Assembly: GCA_963695225.1 (NCBI GenBank)
Contig: OY968762.1
Span: 640,001-704,000, forward strand
Length of the DNA stretch: 64,000 nucleotides
Direction: 5' to 3'
Source: Vulcanimicrobiota bacterium
GTDB lineage: Bacteria; Vulcanimicrobiota; Vulcanimicrobiia; Vulcanimicrobiales; Vulcanimicrobiaceae
A model generated the notes under the pieces. The model saw only the letters and a program-made list of their open reading frames with translations, did not search any database and was not told the DNA's origin. A program made the position numbers and the translations under genes. Within the stretch, counting starts at the first letter, position 1; each line of letters begins with the position of its first letter. Shown piece after piece: positions 9,238 to 18,759 of the stretch.

Positions 9238-10535
9238 CAGCGGGTCACCGTCACGGCAGCGCCCTCGGTCAGACGCTGTAGATTCGTGACGGCGACCCGG
9301 ACGCCGTCGCCCGAGATGCCGTGCACCTCGACGAGGCTGTCGCTCACGGTGCCGCTCTGCACCGGAACGAATGACGCCGTACCTTCGCGGACGACGAAGA
9401 CGCCGGTTTGCCCCGCGCGCGTGACGAGCGCGGCGAGGGGGACAGCCCAGCCCCGGTGCGCCGCGCTCGGGAGCACGACGCGCGCGAACATTCCCGGCAT
9501 GAGCCCCACGCGATCCGCGAGCGAGATCTTCACGGTCGTCGAACGGAGCGCCGGGTTTTGCGAGGGGAACACGGCGCGGACGCGCGCCGGGACGCTCGCA
9601 CCCCCAAGCGCGTCGACCCGGACGGTCGCCGGCGCGCCCTGCGCGAGCGCGCCGAGGTCCTCATCCGGGACTGCGACGTCCAACTCGAGGTCGTGCGTAT
9701 CTTGCACGGCGACCACGGGGCTGCCCGGGCCGACGACGGCGCCCGAATCGACGAACTTCGCCGTCACGGTGCCGGCGAAGGGAGCCGTCAGCGTCGCCTC
9801 GCGCAACGGCACGCCGGCCGCCGAGACCCCGGCGCGCGCCTGCGCCGCCATATCGGATGCGGCTCGCGATTGTGCCAGCGCCGCTTGGTAGCCGCTCTGC
9901 GCGCCGCTCAAGCCCGCCTGCGCTTGCGTGACGCCGGCTTGGGCGGCCGCGAGATTCGCCTGCGCCTCATCGTTTTGCTGTTGCGAGATCGCGCCTTCGG
10001 CGTAGAGCGTCGCCATGCGTCCTGCCGTCGTTCGAGCCAGCTCGTAGCGACTGCGGGCCGCACCGAGTTGCGCGCGCGCGCCGTCGATCGCCGAGGCCGC
10101 CGCCTGCAACGCCGAGCGGCTCGCCGCCTGGCCCGCAAGCGAGGCTGAGGCGCCGGCTTCGGCCTGCGCCAGGCCCGCGCCGTACCCCGCGGTATCGACC
10201 TGGGCCAAGACCTGGCCGGCCGATACGTGGTCGCCGGCTCGGACGGAGACGGAGACGATCCGGCCCGCGGAGACCGCGCCGATCGTCGCCGACCGCACTG
10301 CCACCAGAGTTCCCGAAAGCTCCGTCGGCGTTGAAAAGCTCGCAGTCCGTAACCCGACGACCGAAACCGGCACGGCGGCCGCCGCGCCTTCACTCGCGCC
10401 TGCAGCCGAGTCCTTCGCCCCGGCGCACCCGGCCAGCGGCGAGGCTGCCGCCGCTCCCAGGAGTGCCAGCGCTCTCCAAAGCGTGCGGCCGGGCGTTCGG
10501 GGGGACTGCGGTCGATCGTTCACGGTTCGGAGCAT
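9237..10535 (-). CDS. RND periplasmic adaptor (membrane fusion protein), probable lipoprotein
   Basis: LAGC lipobox; GDHVSAGQVL, APFAGTV, LMPGMFA; start ATG 10535 or GTG 10523. Confidence 0.85.
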   Translation of the reverse strand: MLRTVNDRPQSPRTPGRTLWRALALLGAAAASPLAGCAGAKDSAAGASEGAAAAVPVSVVGLRTASFSTPTELSGTLVAVRSATIGAVSAGRIVSVSVRAGDHVSAGQVLAQVDTAGYGAGLAQAEAGASASLAGQAASRSALQAAASAIDGARAQLGAARSRYELARTTAGRMATLYAEGAISQQQNDEAQANLAAAQAGVTQAQAGLSGAQSGYQAALAQSRAASDMAAQARAGVSAAGVPLREATLTAPFAGTVTAKFVDSGAVVGPGSPVVAVQDTHDLELDVAVPDEDLGALAQGAPATVRVDALGGASVPARVRAVFPSQNPALRSTTVKISLADRVGLMPGMFARVVLPSAAHRGWAVPLAALVTRAGQTGVFVVREGTASFVPVQSGTVSDSLVEVHGISGDGVRVAVTNLQRLTEGAAVTVTR

Positions 10536-10583
10536 CCTTCGAGCAAAAAGGCGGCGCGGAAACCGCACCTCGAGCACGGACCT

Positions 10584-10614
10584 ATCATATACCCCCATGG
10601 GTATTGTGTGTCAA
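10584..10614 (-). promoter_or_regulatory. Promoter of the RND operon with CsoR/RcnR/CstR-type operator
   Basis: Minus strand TTGACA-N19-TATGAT enclosing the palindrome ATACCC-CCAT-GGGTAT (10589-10604). Confidence 0.65.
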
Positions 10615-10704
10615 GGGGATACCCGGTACTGTAAAGCATGACGGACTGCATCCGTCCATTAAGGCGCTTAGGCATAAGCTTCCGAGCTGAGTAGCGGCTT
10701 GTCG

Positions 10705-10735
10705 TTGACATACTCTACGGGGTATGTCATATACT
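10705..10735 (+). promoter_or_regulatory. Promoter of DUF2892-DUF302 with CsoR/RcnR/CstR-type operator
   Basis: TTGACA-N19-TATACT overlapping the inverted repeat TGACATAC-TCTACGGG-GTATGTCA (10706-10729); ATG follows 7 nt after the -10. Confidence 0.65.
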
Positions 10736-10742
10736 TGGCGCC

Positions 10743-10994
10743 ATGACACCTCAATCGCCCGTCCACCCACTCTTGCGGCCTGCCGCGGAAGCGGGATGGC
10801 GCATCGAATCAGCAGTCCGCGCGGTCGCGGGGGCCATCGTCCTGGTGAGCCTGCTGCTCTCCCTGCTGGACAGCCGATGGCTCTGGCTGACGGCGTTTGC
10901 CGGCGCGAATCTCTTGCAATCCGGACTGACCGGCTGGTGCCTGATGTCGAATCTTCTCTCGCTGATCCTCAAGCGTTCCGCCTCGGCGGCGTAG
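10743..10994 (+). CDS. DUF2892 (YgaP-like) small membrane protein
   Basis: IESAVRAVAG...WLWLTAFAGANLLQSGLTGWCLM. Confidence 0.82.
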   Translation: MTPQSPVHPLLRPAAEAGWRIESAVRAVAGAIVLVSLLLSLLDSRWLWLTAFAGANLLQSGLTGWCLMSNLLSLILKRSASAA

Positions 10995-10995
10995 A

Positions 10996-11412
10996 ATGCA
11001 CGCGCCTATGGAACCTGCAAGACTCACCTACGGAACCGCCGTCCGCACGTCGCTGCCGTTCGATGCTGCCCTAGCGCGCACGAGGGACGAACTCAAGGCT
11101 GAAGGCTTCGGCGTTCTCTGCGAGATCGACGTCGCGAAGACGATGCATGAGAAACTCGGCGTCGAGTTGCCGGCCTACACGATCTTAGGCGCCTGCAATC
11201 CGTCGCTGGCCCATCGCGGACTCACTGCCGAGCCGCACCTCGGGCTCTTGTTGCCGTGCAACGTCGTCGTCCGGGCGACGGAAACCGGCGCCGAAATCTC
11301 GGCGATCGATGCGGGCGCGATGATGCTGGTCGTCGGAAACGCGGAATTGACTTCGATCGCAAGCGAAGTGAACGCGCGCCTCGCGCGCGTTTTGGAGCGC
11401 CTCGCCGCCTAA
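10996..11412 (+). CDS. DUF302 domain protein
   Basis: EGFGVLCEID, YTILGACNP, GLLLPCNVVV. Confidence 0.88.
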   Translation: MHAPMEPARLTYGTAVRTSLPFDAALARTRDELKAEGFGVLCEIDVAKTMHEKLGVELPAYTILGACNPSLAHRGLTAEPHLGLLLPCNVVVRATETGAEISAIDAGAMMLVVGNAELTSIASEVNARLARVLERLAA

Positions 11413-11461
11413 CTTCGACTCGCAGACGCCCCGCGCCACGCGGCCGGCCCGCGGCCGCAGT

Positions 11462-12532
11462 CTAACCGATGTGCAGAACGGCGACGAGCGAGATGCTCAC
11501 GGCGGCCATGATCGTTGCGAGCAACACGCCTACCCCGAGCGGGCGCATCCCCATGCGGCGAATCTTCTCGACGTCGACGTTGAGCCCGACGCCGGCCAGC
11601 ACCATCACGATCAGGAATCCGGCGTACAGCGTGAGCGCATGCGCCATGCTCGCAGGGAACACGTGCAGGCTGTTGAGCGTGGCCATGGCAACGAATCCGA
11701 GGATGAACCACGGCACCGTGTTCATGACGCGCCGCCACAAGGGCTCGCCGGCGGCCTGCGCGTCCTTCGCGAAGCGCGCGTCGGACCACAGACCGATGCC
11801 GATCGCGAGCGGGACGAGCAGCACCGTCCGGGTCAGCTTCACGATCGTCGCGACGGCCCCGGCCTTCGCTCCGTAGACGAAACCCGTCGCGACGACGACC
11901 GACGTGTCGTTGACGGCTGTGCCGGCCCAGCTTCCGAAGGCCGTCTCCGAAAGGTGCAGCGCGTGCCCGAGCGGCGGATACAGCAGCAGCGCGATGATGT
12001 TGAACGTGAAGATCGTCGTGATCGCGTACGCGATCTCTTCATCCTTCGCGCGCAGGAGCGGCCCGATCGCAAGGATCGCCGACCCGCCGCAGATCGCCGT
12101 CCCCGCGCCGATTAGCGTCCCGACGTTTCCGGGGAGCCGAAAGATCCGGGCCAGTGCGAGGCCCAGCAGCAGCGCGGTGAGGAAACACGCGCCGACGAGC
12201 GCGAGCGTCGCCGCGCCCGCCTGCACGATCGCAGCGAACGTGAGGCCGGCACCGAATAGGATGATCGCTGCACGCAGCAGGTAGCGCAGCGTGAACGCCA
12301 CGCCGGGCCTGATGCGGGCCGACAGTCGCAGGACATTGCGCACCGCGATGCCCGCGACGAGCGCGAGCACGACGTCCGGAATAGCTCCCGTGAATTGGGA
12401 GAGCAGCCGCGCGGCGACGGCGATCGCCAGCACGGCACCCAACCCCGGGAGCAGGCTCCCCGGCTGGACTTTGGGCGTGGCTGGCGGGGCGCTGGGTTTG
12501 AGGGCCGATTCCGGTGGAGCGACAGCGTTCAT
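11462..12532 (-). CDS. YeiH family / putative sulfate exporter membrane protein
   Basis: GTAICGGSAI, WAGTAVNDTS, ATIVKLTR, VPWFILGF. Confidence 0.85.
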   Translation of the reverse strand: MNAVAPPESALKPSAPPATPKVQPGSLLPGLGAVLAIAVAARLLSQFTGAIPDVVLALVAGIAVRNVLRLSARIRPGVAFTLRYLLRAAIILFGAGLTFAAIVQAGAATLALVGACFLTALLLGLALARIFRLPGNVGTLIGAGTAICGGSAILAIGPLLRAKDEEIAYAITTIFTFNIIALLLYPPLGHALHLSETAFGSWAGTAVNDTSVVVATGFVYGAKAGAVATIVKLTRTVLLVPLAIGIGLWSDARFAKDAQAAGEPLWRRVMNTVPWFILGFVAMATLNSLHVFPASMAHALTLYAGFLIVMVLAGVGLNVDVEKIRRMGMRPLGVGVLLATIMAAVSISLVAVLHIG

Positions 12533-12814
12533 GCGGATAACGCTACCGAAACCTTGTCAATAAGTCCAAGTAGCGCTTGTTGCATTTATGCAAACATTCC
12601 CTAATCATAATTGACACCCGCACCATGTTCTGCGGCCGCCCCGGGGTGACCGTGACGGCGCGGCAGCGTCCGGAGCGCTGTGGGGTTTCTCCGCGGGAGG
12701 GACGGCTTGCCCGCAAGATCCGGCCGGCCCCCGATCCGGACACGGGCGTCTTCGGCGGGGAGTTCCGCTGCCGGCCGGAGGCATACCGCATGGGGTACGC
12801 CAACCTGCATCGCG

Positions 12815-14095
12815 ATGGAAACGACGAAATCGGCGCACCGTTTCGAAGCCGGGCCGCTCCTCGGCGAGGTACGAGTGGCCGGCGATAAATCGATCTCGCA
12901 TCGTGCCCTGATGTTCGCGGCGGTCGCGCCCGGCGAGTCGACGATCCTCGCGCCGAATCGCGGTGCGGACGTCCTCGCGACGCGGGATGCGATCGTCGCG
13001 CTCGGCGCCGAGGTGGACGACCGGGGCGAGACGATCGTCGTGCGCGGCGGGACGCTCCGCTCGCCGGACGCCACGCTCGACGCGCGCAACTCCGGCACGA
13101 CGACGCGCCTGCTGCTCGGCCTCCTCGCGGGGCAAGGCCTCACGGCGACGTTCGACGGCGACGCCTCGCTGCGGAGGCGGCCGATGGAGCGCGTCGCCCG
13201 CCCGCTGCGCGCGATGGGCGCCCGCGTCGAGACCACGAACGGCAGGCTCCCCGCCACGGTCCACGGGATCACTGCTCCCGCCGGTGGGACGTTCGCGCTC
13301 GAGATCCCCTCGGCGCAGATCAAGTCGGCGATCTTGCTCGCCCATCTCGGAGCGCGAGGGCGCGTCACCGTGACGGGCGACCGGCATTCCCGCGACCACA
13401 CGGAACGCATGCTCCGGCATTTCGGGCGAACCGTCGAATTCGACGGGGAGACGATCGTCCTCGAGCCGGGCTCGCTCGCGCCGCGGACCGTGCGCGTCGC
13501 AGCCGACCTTTCCGCCGCCGCGTTCTTCATCACGGCGGCCGCGATCACGCCGGGGAGCGATCTCGTCGTCCGGGACGTCGGCGTCAACGCGACCCGCACG
13601 GGGTTTCTCGACGTGCTCTCGGCGATGGGCGCCGATCTCGAGCGCCGCAACGAGCGGGAAGTCGACGGCGAGCCCGTCGCCGACCTGCACGTGCGCTACC
13701 GTCCGCTGCACGCCGTCGCGATCGATGAAGCGCTCGTCGTCCGCGCGATCGACGAGATCCCCGTGCTCGCCGTTGCGGCCGCGCACGCGCGCGGGACGAC
13801 CACGATCCACGGCGCGCAGGATCTCCGCGCGAAGGAGTCGGATCGCATCGCCTCAACGTCCGCGATGCTGCGTGCCTGTGGGATCACCGTCGCCGAACTC
13901 CCCGACGGCATGGAGATCGTCGGGGGCGGCGCGCATTCGCCCGAGCGCGTGCTGGAAACGCACGACGATCACCGCATCGCGATGGCGGCCGCGGTCCTCG
14001 CGGCACCGACCGGCCCGCACGCCATCGACGACGCCGGCTGCATCGCCGTCAGTTTCCCCGAATTCGAAGATCGCTGGACCACGGCCCAGCGCTAA
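12815..14095 (+). CDS. aroA: 3-phosphoshikimate 1-carboxyvinyltransferase (class II)
   Basis: GDKSISHR, NSGTT, SAQIKSA, RDHTERM, KESDRI, DHRIAM. Confidence 0.95.
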   Translation: METTKSAHRFEAGPLLGEVRVAGDKSISHRALMFAAVAPGESTILAPNRGADVLATRDAIVALGAEVDDRGETIVVRGGTLRSPDATLDARNSGTTTRLLLGLLAGQGLTATFDGDASLRRRPMERVARPLRAMGARVETTNGRLPATVHGITAPAGGTFALEIPSAQIKSAILLAHLGARGRVTVTGDRHSRDHTERMLRHFGRTVEFDGETIVLEPGSLAPRTVRVAADLSAAAFFITAAAITPGSDLVVRDVGVNATRTGFLDVLSAMGADLERRNEREVDGEPVADLHVRYRPLHAVAIDEALVVRAIDEIPVLAVAAAHARGTTTIHGAQDLRAKESDRIASTSAMLRACGITVAELPDGMEIVGGGAHSPERVLETHDDHRIAMAAAVLAAPTGPHAIDDAGCIAVSFPEFEDRWTTAQR

Positions 14096-14098
14096 ACT

Positions 14099-14467
14099 CT
14101 AACGGCGGCCGTTCGCGCTGCGCCGCGCGCGCAAGTCGCCGAAGCCCGTCTTCAGCGAAGCCAGGACGCCGAAGATCGTCCCGAGCGTCGAGCGCAAGCC
14201 GCGCGTGGCGCGATCGAGTTCCCCGAGCGCGAGTTGGAGGCGTTCGAGCGTGGCGGCGAGTTCTTCGCTGCGTTCGTTGATCCGGGCAAGGTAGATTTCC
14301 GCCATCGGCCCGGCCCGGACGATCGGGTGCTCGCGCAGTGCCTCGGCTTGCTTCTTCAGCGCGAGCCCCGGACCGGCTAGCCGCACGAGTCCCACGAGCA
14401 CGCACAGCAGCGTCAGCGCGAAGCACGCTCCGAGGATCCCGAGGCCGAGCCGCGTAGCGTCGCTCAT
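14099..14467 (-). CDS. Hypothetical membrane protein (one TM helix plus coiled coil)
   Basis: ATGA overlap with the upstream gene; N-terminal hydrophobic segment. Confidence 0.6.
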   Translation of the reverse strand: MSDATRLGLGILGACFALTLLCVLVGLVRLAGPGLALKKQAEALREHPIVRAGPMAEIYLARINERSEELAATLERLQLALGELDRATRGLRSTLGTIFGVLASLKTGFGDLRARRSANGRR

Positions 14468-14742
14468 GCGGCGGAGCTATCCCCCTTCTTTGGGGGCGCC
14501 GCGCCCGAATCGGCCTTCGGCGCGGGCTCCTTCTTCGGAGCGGCCGACGAATCGCCGCCGCCGGACTTCCGCGAATCGGTGATATAGAACCCCGATCCCT
14601 TGAAGACGATCCCGGCGGCGCTGAAACGCCGTACGAGCTCGCCGCCGCACGCGGGGCACGCTTCGCTCACCGTTTCGTCGAAACCGTGGCGAACATCGGT
14701 GACCGTCCCGCAGGAACGGCACTCATACTCATATACCGGCAC
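14464..14742 (-). CDS. FmdB-family zinc-ribbon protein
   Basis: PVYEYECRSC...CPACGG...FKGSGFYITD; GGAG RBS. Confidence 0.9.
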   Translation of the reverse strand: MPVYEYECRSCGTVTDVRHGFDETVSEACPACGGELVRRFSAAGIVFKGSGFYITDSRKSGGGDSSAAPKKEPAPKADSGAAPPKKGDSSAA

Positions 14743-14788
14743 GCATAACTCCCGTGATCGCGAGGACGCGCGGACGCGCGTGAGGTCG

Positions 14789-14828
14789 AGTATACGGAGT
14801 ATTAGCAGTTCCCGTCAACGACTGCTAG
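14789..14828 (-). promoter_or_regulatory. Sigma70 promoter overlapped by a CIRCE-like (HrcA) operator
   Basis: Minus TTGACG-N18-TATACT; TTAGCAGTT-N9-GACTGCTAG at 14802-14828 versus CIRCE TTAGCACTC-N9-GAGTGCTAA. Confidence 0.65.
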
Positions 14829-15286
14829 AACCCCGCGCCCAGTTCGTCGGACTCGGCGAGCCCCTTGAAATGGATGAGCGATTCGCTGAGCTTCCTCGCC
14901 AAGCGGGGCCGGACGGCTATCCGATCGAGGAAGGCGCCGACCGCGCCGCCATAGGTCGGGTAATCCAGCCGGGCGACGATCCGGCAGGTCAGCGACTTGC
15001 GCTCGACCCGGAACTCGAGGCGCCGGCGGAGAGAGTACGCGCCCACGAGCGACACGATGTGCCCGTCGAGGAAGCGCTCGACCTCGAACAACTCCTCGGG
15101 TTCCCCCGGGATCGACGAGCGCATGACCAGCTCGCTCCCCAGACGGAGAGGACCGTCATCAACCCTTCTCACCGTCTTCAGCAACGAAAGCCAGACCGGC
15201 CACTTCTCCGTCTCGCGCAAGAGCGAAAACGCAAGCTCCGCAGGCGAATCGAGTTCGATGGCACCGGCGAGCGCATCGGAACTCAT
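14825..15286 (-). CDS. SRPBCC (polyketide cyclase/START-like) family protein
   Basis: AIELDSPAELAF...EKWPVW pattern; about 153 aa. Confidence 0.65.
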   Translation of the reverse strand: MSSDALAGAIELDSPAELAFSLLRETEKWPVWLSLLKTVRRVDDGPLRLGSELVMRSSIPGEPEELFEVERFLDGHIVSLVGAYSLRRRLEFRVERKSLTCRIVARLDYPTYGGAVGAFLDRIAVRPRLARKLSESLIHFKGLAESDELGAGF

Positions 15287-15407
15287 GCGTCCCGGCTCGG
15301 CAAGGGATGGAACCATTCCCTAGGGCCTTCGCCCCGGCGGCTGCGAGCCCTCCGGCGGCCCCAATATGTTGGGTCTCCCGAGGGCCGCGCCTACGACGGA
15401 TTGGGTG

Positions 15408-16025
15408 TCAGGCTGCCTGCTCGATCATCGGCCGAAGCAGTTCCTTTAGCTTGGAGCGAGCCCGCGAGAGGCGCGAGCGAACGGTCCCGATCGATATCCC
15501 GGTCGCCGACGCGATCTCCTCGTACGAGAGCTGATCGACTTCGCGCATCGCGACGACTTCGCGGAACGGCGCCGGAAGCGCCGCGATCGCCTCGTTGAGT
15601 CCGGCCACCGTCATGGCCTCGTAGCACGCCGAGTACGGATCGCCGAACGATTCGTTCGTCGCGCCGGCGTCGCCCATCGCGTTCTGGAGGCGCGTGAGGC
15701 GCACGTCGGCCCGTTTGCGCTTCTTGTTGTGATCGAAGAACACGTTGATCGTGATCCGGTAGAGCCACGTGTAGAACGAGGATTGCCCCCGAAAACGGTG
15801 CAGGTTGCGGAAGATCCGCAAGAAGACTTCCTGCGTGAGGTCTTCGGCGTCGCCCGGCGAGACGTTGAGCTGCCCGAGGATCCGGCGAACCTGAGCGTCG
15901 TACGACCGAACGAGCTCGTCGAACGCCTCCTCACGGCCGGCGCGGTACGTCGCGATCAAGCGAAGGTCCCGTGCGGCACGGAGCTGCTGTTCCGGAGCGG
16001 CGATCTTACGTTGGATGGAGCGCAT
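15408..16025 (-). CDS. ECF RNA polymerase sigma-70 factor
   Basis: DAEDLTQEVF, FYTWLYRI, LSYEEIA, GTVRSRLSRAR; GGAGGA RBS. Confidence 0.92.
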   Translation of the reverse strand: MRSIQRKIAAPEQQLRAARDLRLIATYRAGREEAFDELVRSYDAQVRRILGQLNVSPGDAEDLTQEVFLRIFRNLHRFRGQSSFYTWLYRITINVFFDHNKKRKRADVRLTRLQNAMGDAGATNESFGDPYSACYEAMTVAGLNEAIAALPAPFREVVAMREVDQLSYEEIASATGISIGTVRSRLSRARSKLKELLRPMIEQAA

Positions 16026-16092
16026 CGAGTCCTCCGAGTCGTTAGTGCCCTCAAAGGATAACTATGCACGCCTAACGCGACTGTGAGGTCGC

Positions 16093-17286
16093 CTACAGTT
16101 GAGGACTTGACGTTACTCTGCCCTCGCAGACGCCCTTCGCAAACGCAACGAGCGTCTCGATGCCGTACCGGAGCGCCCCCTCGTCGATGCGGAAGAGCGG
16201 GCTGTGCCCCGCGTGGATCGCTCCGAGTTCCTCGTTGCGGATCCCAAGGCGCACGAGTACGCCCGGCACGCACTCCGCGAAATAGGCGAAATCCTCGCCG
16301 CCCATCGTCGGCGCGGGCGTCACGATCGCGACTCCGGCGTTCGCCGTCAGATATTCCCGGAATGCTTCGGTCAGGGGCGGATCGTTGACGACGACCGGGT
16401 AGCCGTAGACGACCTCCAGGCGGCCGCGCGCGCCGTAGGCCGCGCAGACGCCCTCGACGATCCGCCGCGCCCGCCCTTCGAGCGCGGCCCGGATCTCGCG
16501 ATCCTGCGTGCGAAACGTCCCGCTCATCTTCACGCGGTCGGCGATCACGTTGTTGCGGTAGCCGCCTTCGATCGTCCCGATCGTCACGACGACCGCCCCG
16601 AGGGGATCCGTTTCGCGAGCGGCGATGTTTTGCAGCGCCAAGACCGTCGCCGCCGCGCAGGGGATCGCGTCGACTCCTTGGTGCGGATAGGCGCCGTGCC
16701 CGCCGACGCCCTCGATCGTGATGTAGAACTCGTCGGCCGCAGCGTTGACCGCACCCCCGCGCAGCCCCACGGTCCCGGTCGGAAGCCGGTGGTCGACGTG
16801 AAGCATCGCGATCGCGTCGACCCGCGGATCGGAAAGGGCGCCCGCCTCGATCATCGGCAGAGCGCCGCCCGGCCCTTCTTCCGCGGGTTGGAACAAGAGC
16901 ACGACGGTCCCGTGCAGGTTCTCGCGCTCGGCCTGCAGGACGCGCGCCGCACCGAGCAGGATCGCAGTGTGCGCGTCGTGCCCGCAGGCATGCATCTTCC
17001 CCGGGAGTTCCGAAGAAAACGGCTCCCCGGAACGCTCGGCGATCGGCAGCGCGTCCATGTCGGCGCGAAGAGCCGCGACCTTCCCGGGGAGTGCGCCGCG
17101 GATCACGCCGACGACGCCCGTCCTCGCGACGCGGCGGTGCTCGATGCCGATCGCATCGAGTTCGCGCTCGACCAGCGCCGCGGTCCGCACTTCCTCGAAA
17201 CCCAATTCCGGGTGGCGGTGGATCTCCCGCCGCAGGGCGATCGCTCGCGCGACGACGTCCGCGGCGGTCGCGTTCGATGGACTCAT
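16093..17286 (-). CDS. M20D family amidohydrolase
   Basis: HPELGFEE, LRADMDAL, MHACGHDAH, FQPAEE, GGEDF. Confidence 0.92.
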   Translation of the reverse strand: MSPSNATAADVVARAIALRREIHRHPELGFEEVRTAALVERELDAIGIEHRRVARTGVVGVIRGALPGKVAALRADMDALPIAERSGEPFSSELPGKMHACGHDAHTAILLGAARVLQAERENLHGTVVLLFQPAEEGPGGALPMIEAGALSDPRVDAIAMLHVDHRLPTGTVGLRGGAVNAAADEFYITIEGVGGHGAYPHQGVDAIPCAAATVLALQNIAARETDPLGAVVVTIGTIEGGYRNNVIADRVKMSGTFRTQDREIRAALEGRARRIVEGVCAAYGARGRLEVVYGYPVVVNDPPLTEAFREYLTANAGVAIVTPAPTMGGEDFAYFAECVPGVLVRLGIRNEELGAIHAGHSPLFRIDEGALRYGIETLVAFAKGVCEGRVTSSPQL

Positions 17287-17342
17287 TCCGTGGGATTCAT
17301 GCGCGCGCGGCGCGAGTCCTTACCCCGCGCGCGAGAAGCCCG

Positions 17343-17519
17343 TTAGGGTTCGGGGACTTCGACCAGCTCGAGGCGGCCGTCGACCCACGCGAGCGCGATC
17401 GCCCACGCCGATGCGATTCGCGCGTGGGTGATCGTGCGCGGGTTCAGCGTGAAGGAAATGGGACGGCGCGGACGTTCCTGCGCATCGTTCGTCGCCTCAT
17501 TGCGATCTCGCGAATCCAT
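17343..17519 (-). CDS. Small hypothetical protein (58 aa)
   Basis: ATG preceded by purine-rich GAGGAG/GGGGA; fills the gap between ftsZ and the amidohydrolase. Confidence 0.4.
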   Translation of the reverse strand: MDSRDRNEATNDAQERPRRPISFTLNPRTITHARIASAWAIALAWVDGRLELVEVPEP

Positions 17520-17656
17520 ATCCCCTGGCTCCTCCCTGACTCCGCTCTGCTGTGATCGATGGTACGGGGCGGCGCAGACTTCGAGAAGTTCCGGAGGGCC
17601 CAGCCGCACCCGCTGAAATTGAGCCGATGGACCTCCCGGAAAACTCGGATGCGGCG

Positions 17657-18730
17657 TTAGGAACGGTAGCGCAGGAACGCCGGAACTTCGATGTCGTCCA
17701 TATTGACGGGCGCGACCTTCTCGAAGTCCGTCCCACGCGACGTGACCGTGCTCGCGCGATGCGTCGCCGGAGAGGCCGGCCCGAAGCCCGCCGCGAGGAC
17801 CGTGATCCGGACCTTCGATTGCATCGCGGGATCGATCGAGGCTCCGAAGATGATCTGCGCGTCGGAATCGACCGCGCGCGCGATCATCTCGGCGGCCTCG
17901 TTCACTTCGTACATCGCGAGATCGGGGCCGCCGGTGATATTGAAGATCACGCCGCGCGCGCCTTCGATCGTCGTCTCGAGCAACGGCGAGGCGATCGCCT
18001 TCTGCGCGGCATCCGCGGCGCGGTGCTCCCCCGAACCTTCGCCGATCCCCATCATCGCGCTTCCGGCATCCGTCATGATCGCCTTCACGTCGGCGAAGTC
18101 GAGGTTGATGAGCCCCGGCTGCGTGATCAGGTCGGAGATCCCTTGGATTCCCTGGCGCAACACGTCGTCGGCGTAGGCGAACGCCTCTTGCAGCGGCGTG
18201 CGCTTTTCGATGATCTGCATGATCCGTTCGTTCGGGATCGTGATCAGCGTGTCGACTTTCGCTTCCAGCTCGGCGATACCGCGTTCGGCGATCTGCATGC
18301 GCCGGCGCCCCTCGAACGCGAACGGCTTCGTCACGACGCCGACGGTCAGCGCGCCGGACTCGCGCGCGAGTTCCGCGATGACCGATGCCGCGCCCGTCCC
18401 CGTTCCGCCGCCCATTCCGGCCGTCACGAAGACGAGGTCGGATCCGTCGAGGATCATCGCGAGATCCTCGCGCGATTCGTCGGCGGCTTGCCGCCCCGCA
18501 TCGGGATTCGCGCCGGCGCCGAGGCCCCGCGTCAGACCGTTGCCGATCTGCACGGTGTTCTGCGTGCGGCAGTTGCGCAGCGCCTGCACGTCGGTGTTGA
18601 TCGCGTAGAATTCAACGCCGTGCAATCCGGCGTCGATCATGCGGTTGACGGCGTTGCAGCCGCCGCCGCCGATTCCGATGACCTTGATCGTGGCGGCGTG
18701 TTCGGGGTTGTAGCGTCGAACGTCGGACAT
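17657..18730 (-). CDS. ftsZ: Cell division protein FtsZ
   Basis: [22 protein letters not shown]-terminal [16 protein letters not shown]. Confidence 0.97.
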   Translation of the reverse strand: MSDVRRYNPEHAATIKVIGIGGGGCNAVNRMIDAGLHGVEFYAINTDVQALRNCRTQNTVQIGNGLTRGLGAGANPDAGRQAADESREDLAMILDGSDLVFVTAGMGGGTGTGAASVIAELARESGALTVGVVTKPFAFEGRRRMQIAERGIAELEAKVDTLITIPNERIMQIIEKRTPLQEAFAYADDVLRQGIQGISDLITQPGLINLDFADVKAIMTDAGSAMMGIGEGSGEHRAADAAQKAIASPLLETTIEGARGVIFNITGGPDLAMYEVNEAAEMIARAVDSDAQIIFGASIDPAMQSKVRITVLAAGFGPASPATHRASTVTSRGTDFEKVAPVNMDDIEVPAFLRYRS

Positions 18731-18759
18731 CGGTCCCTCCAATGGCAAGCGAAAGTCGT

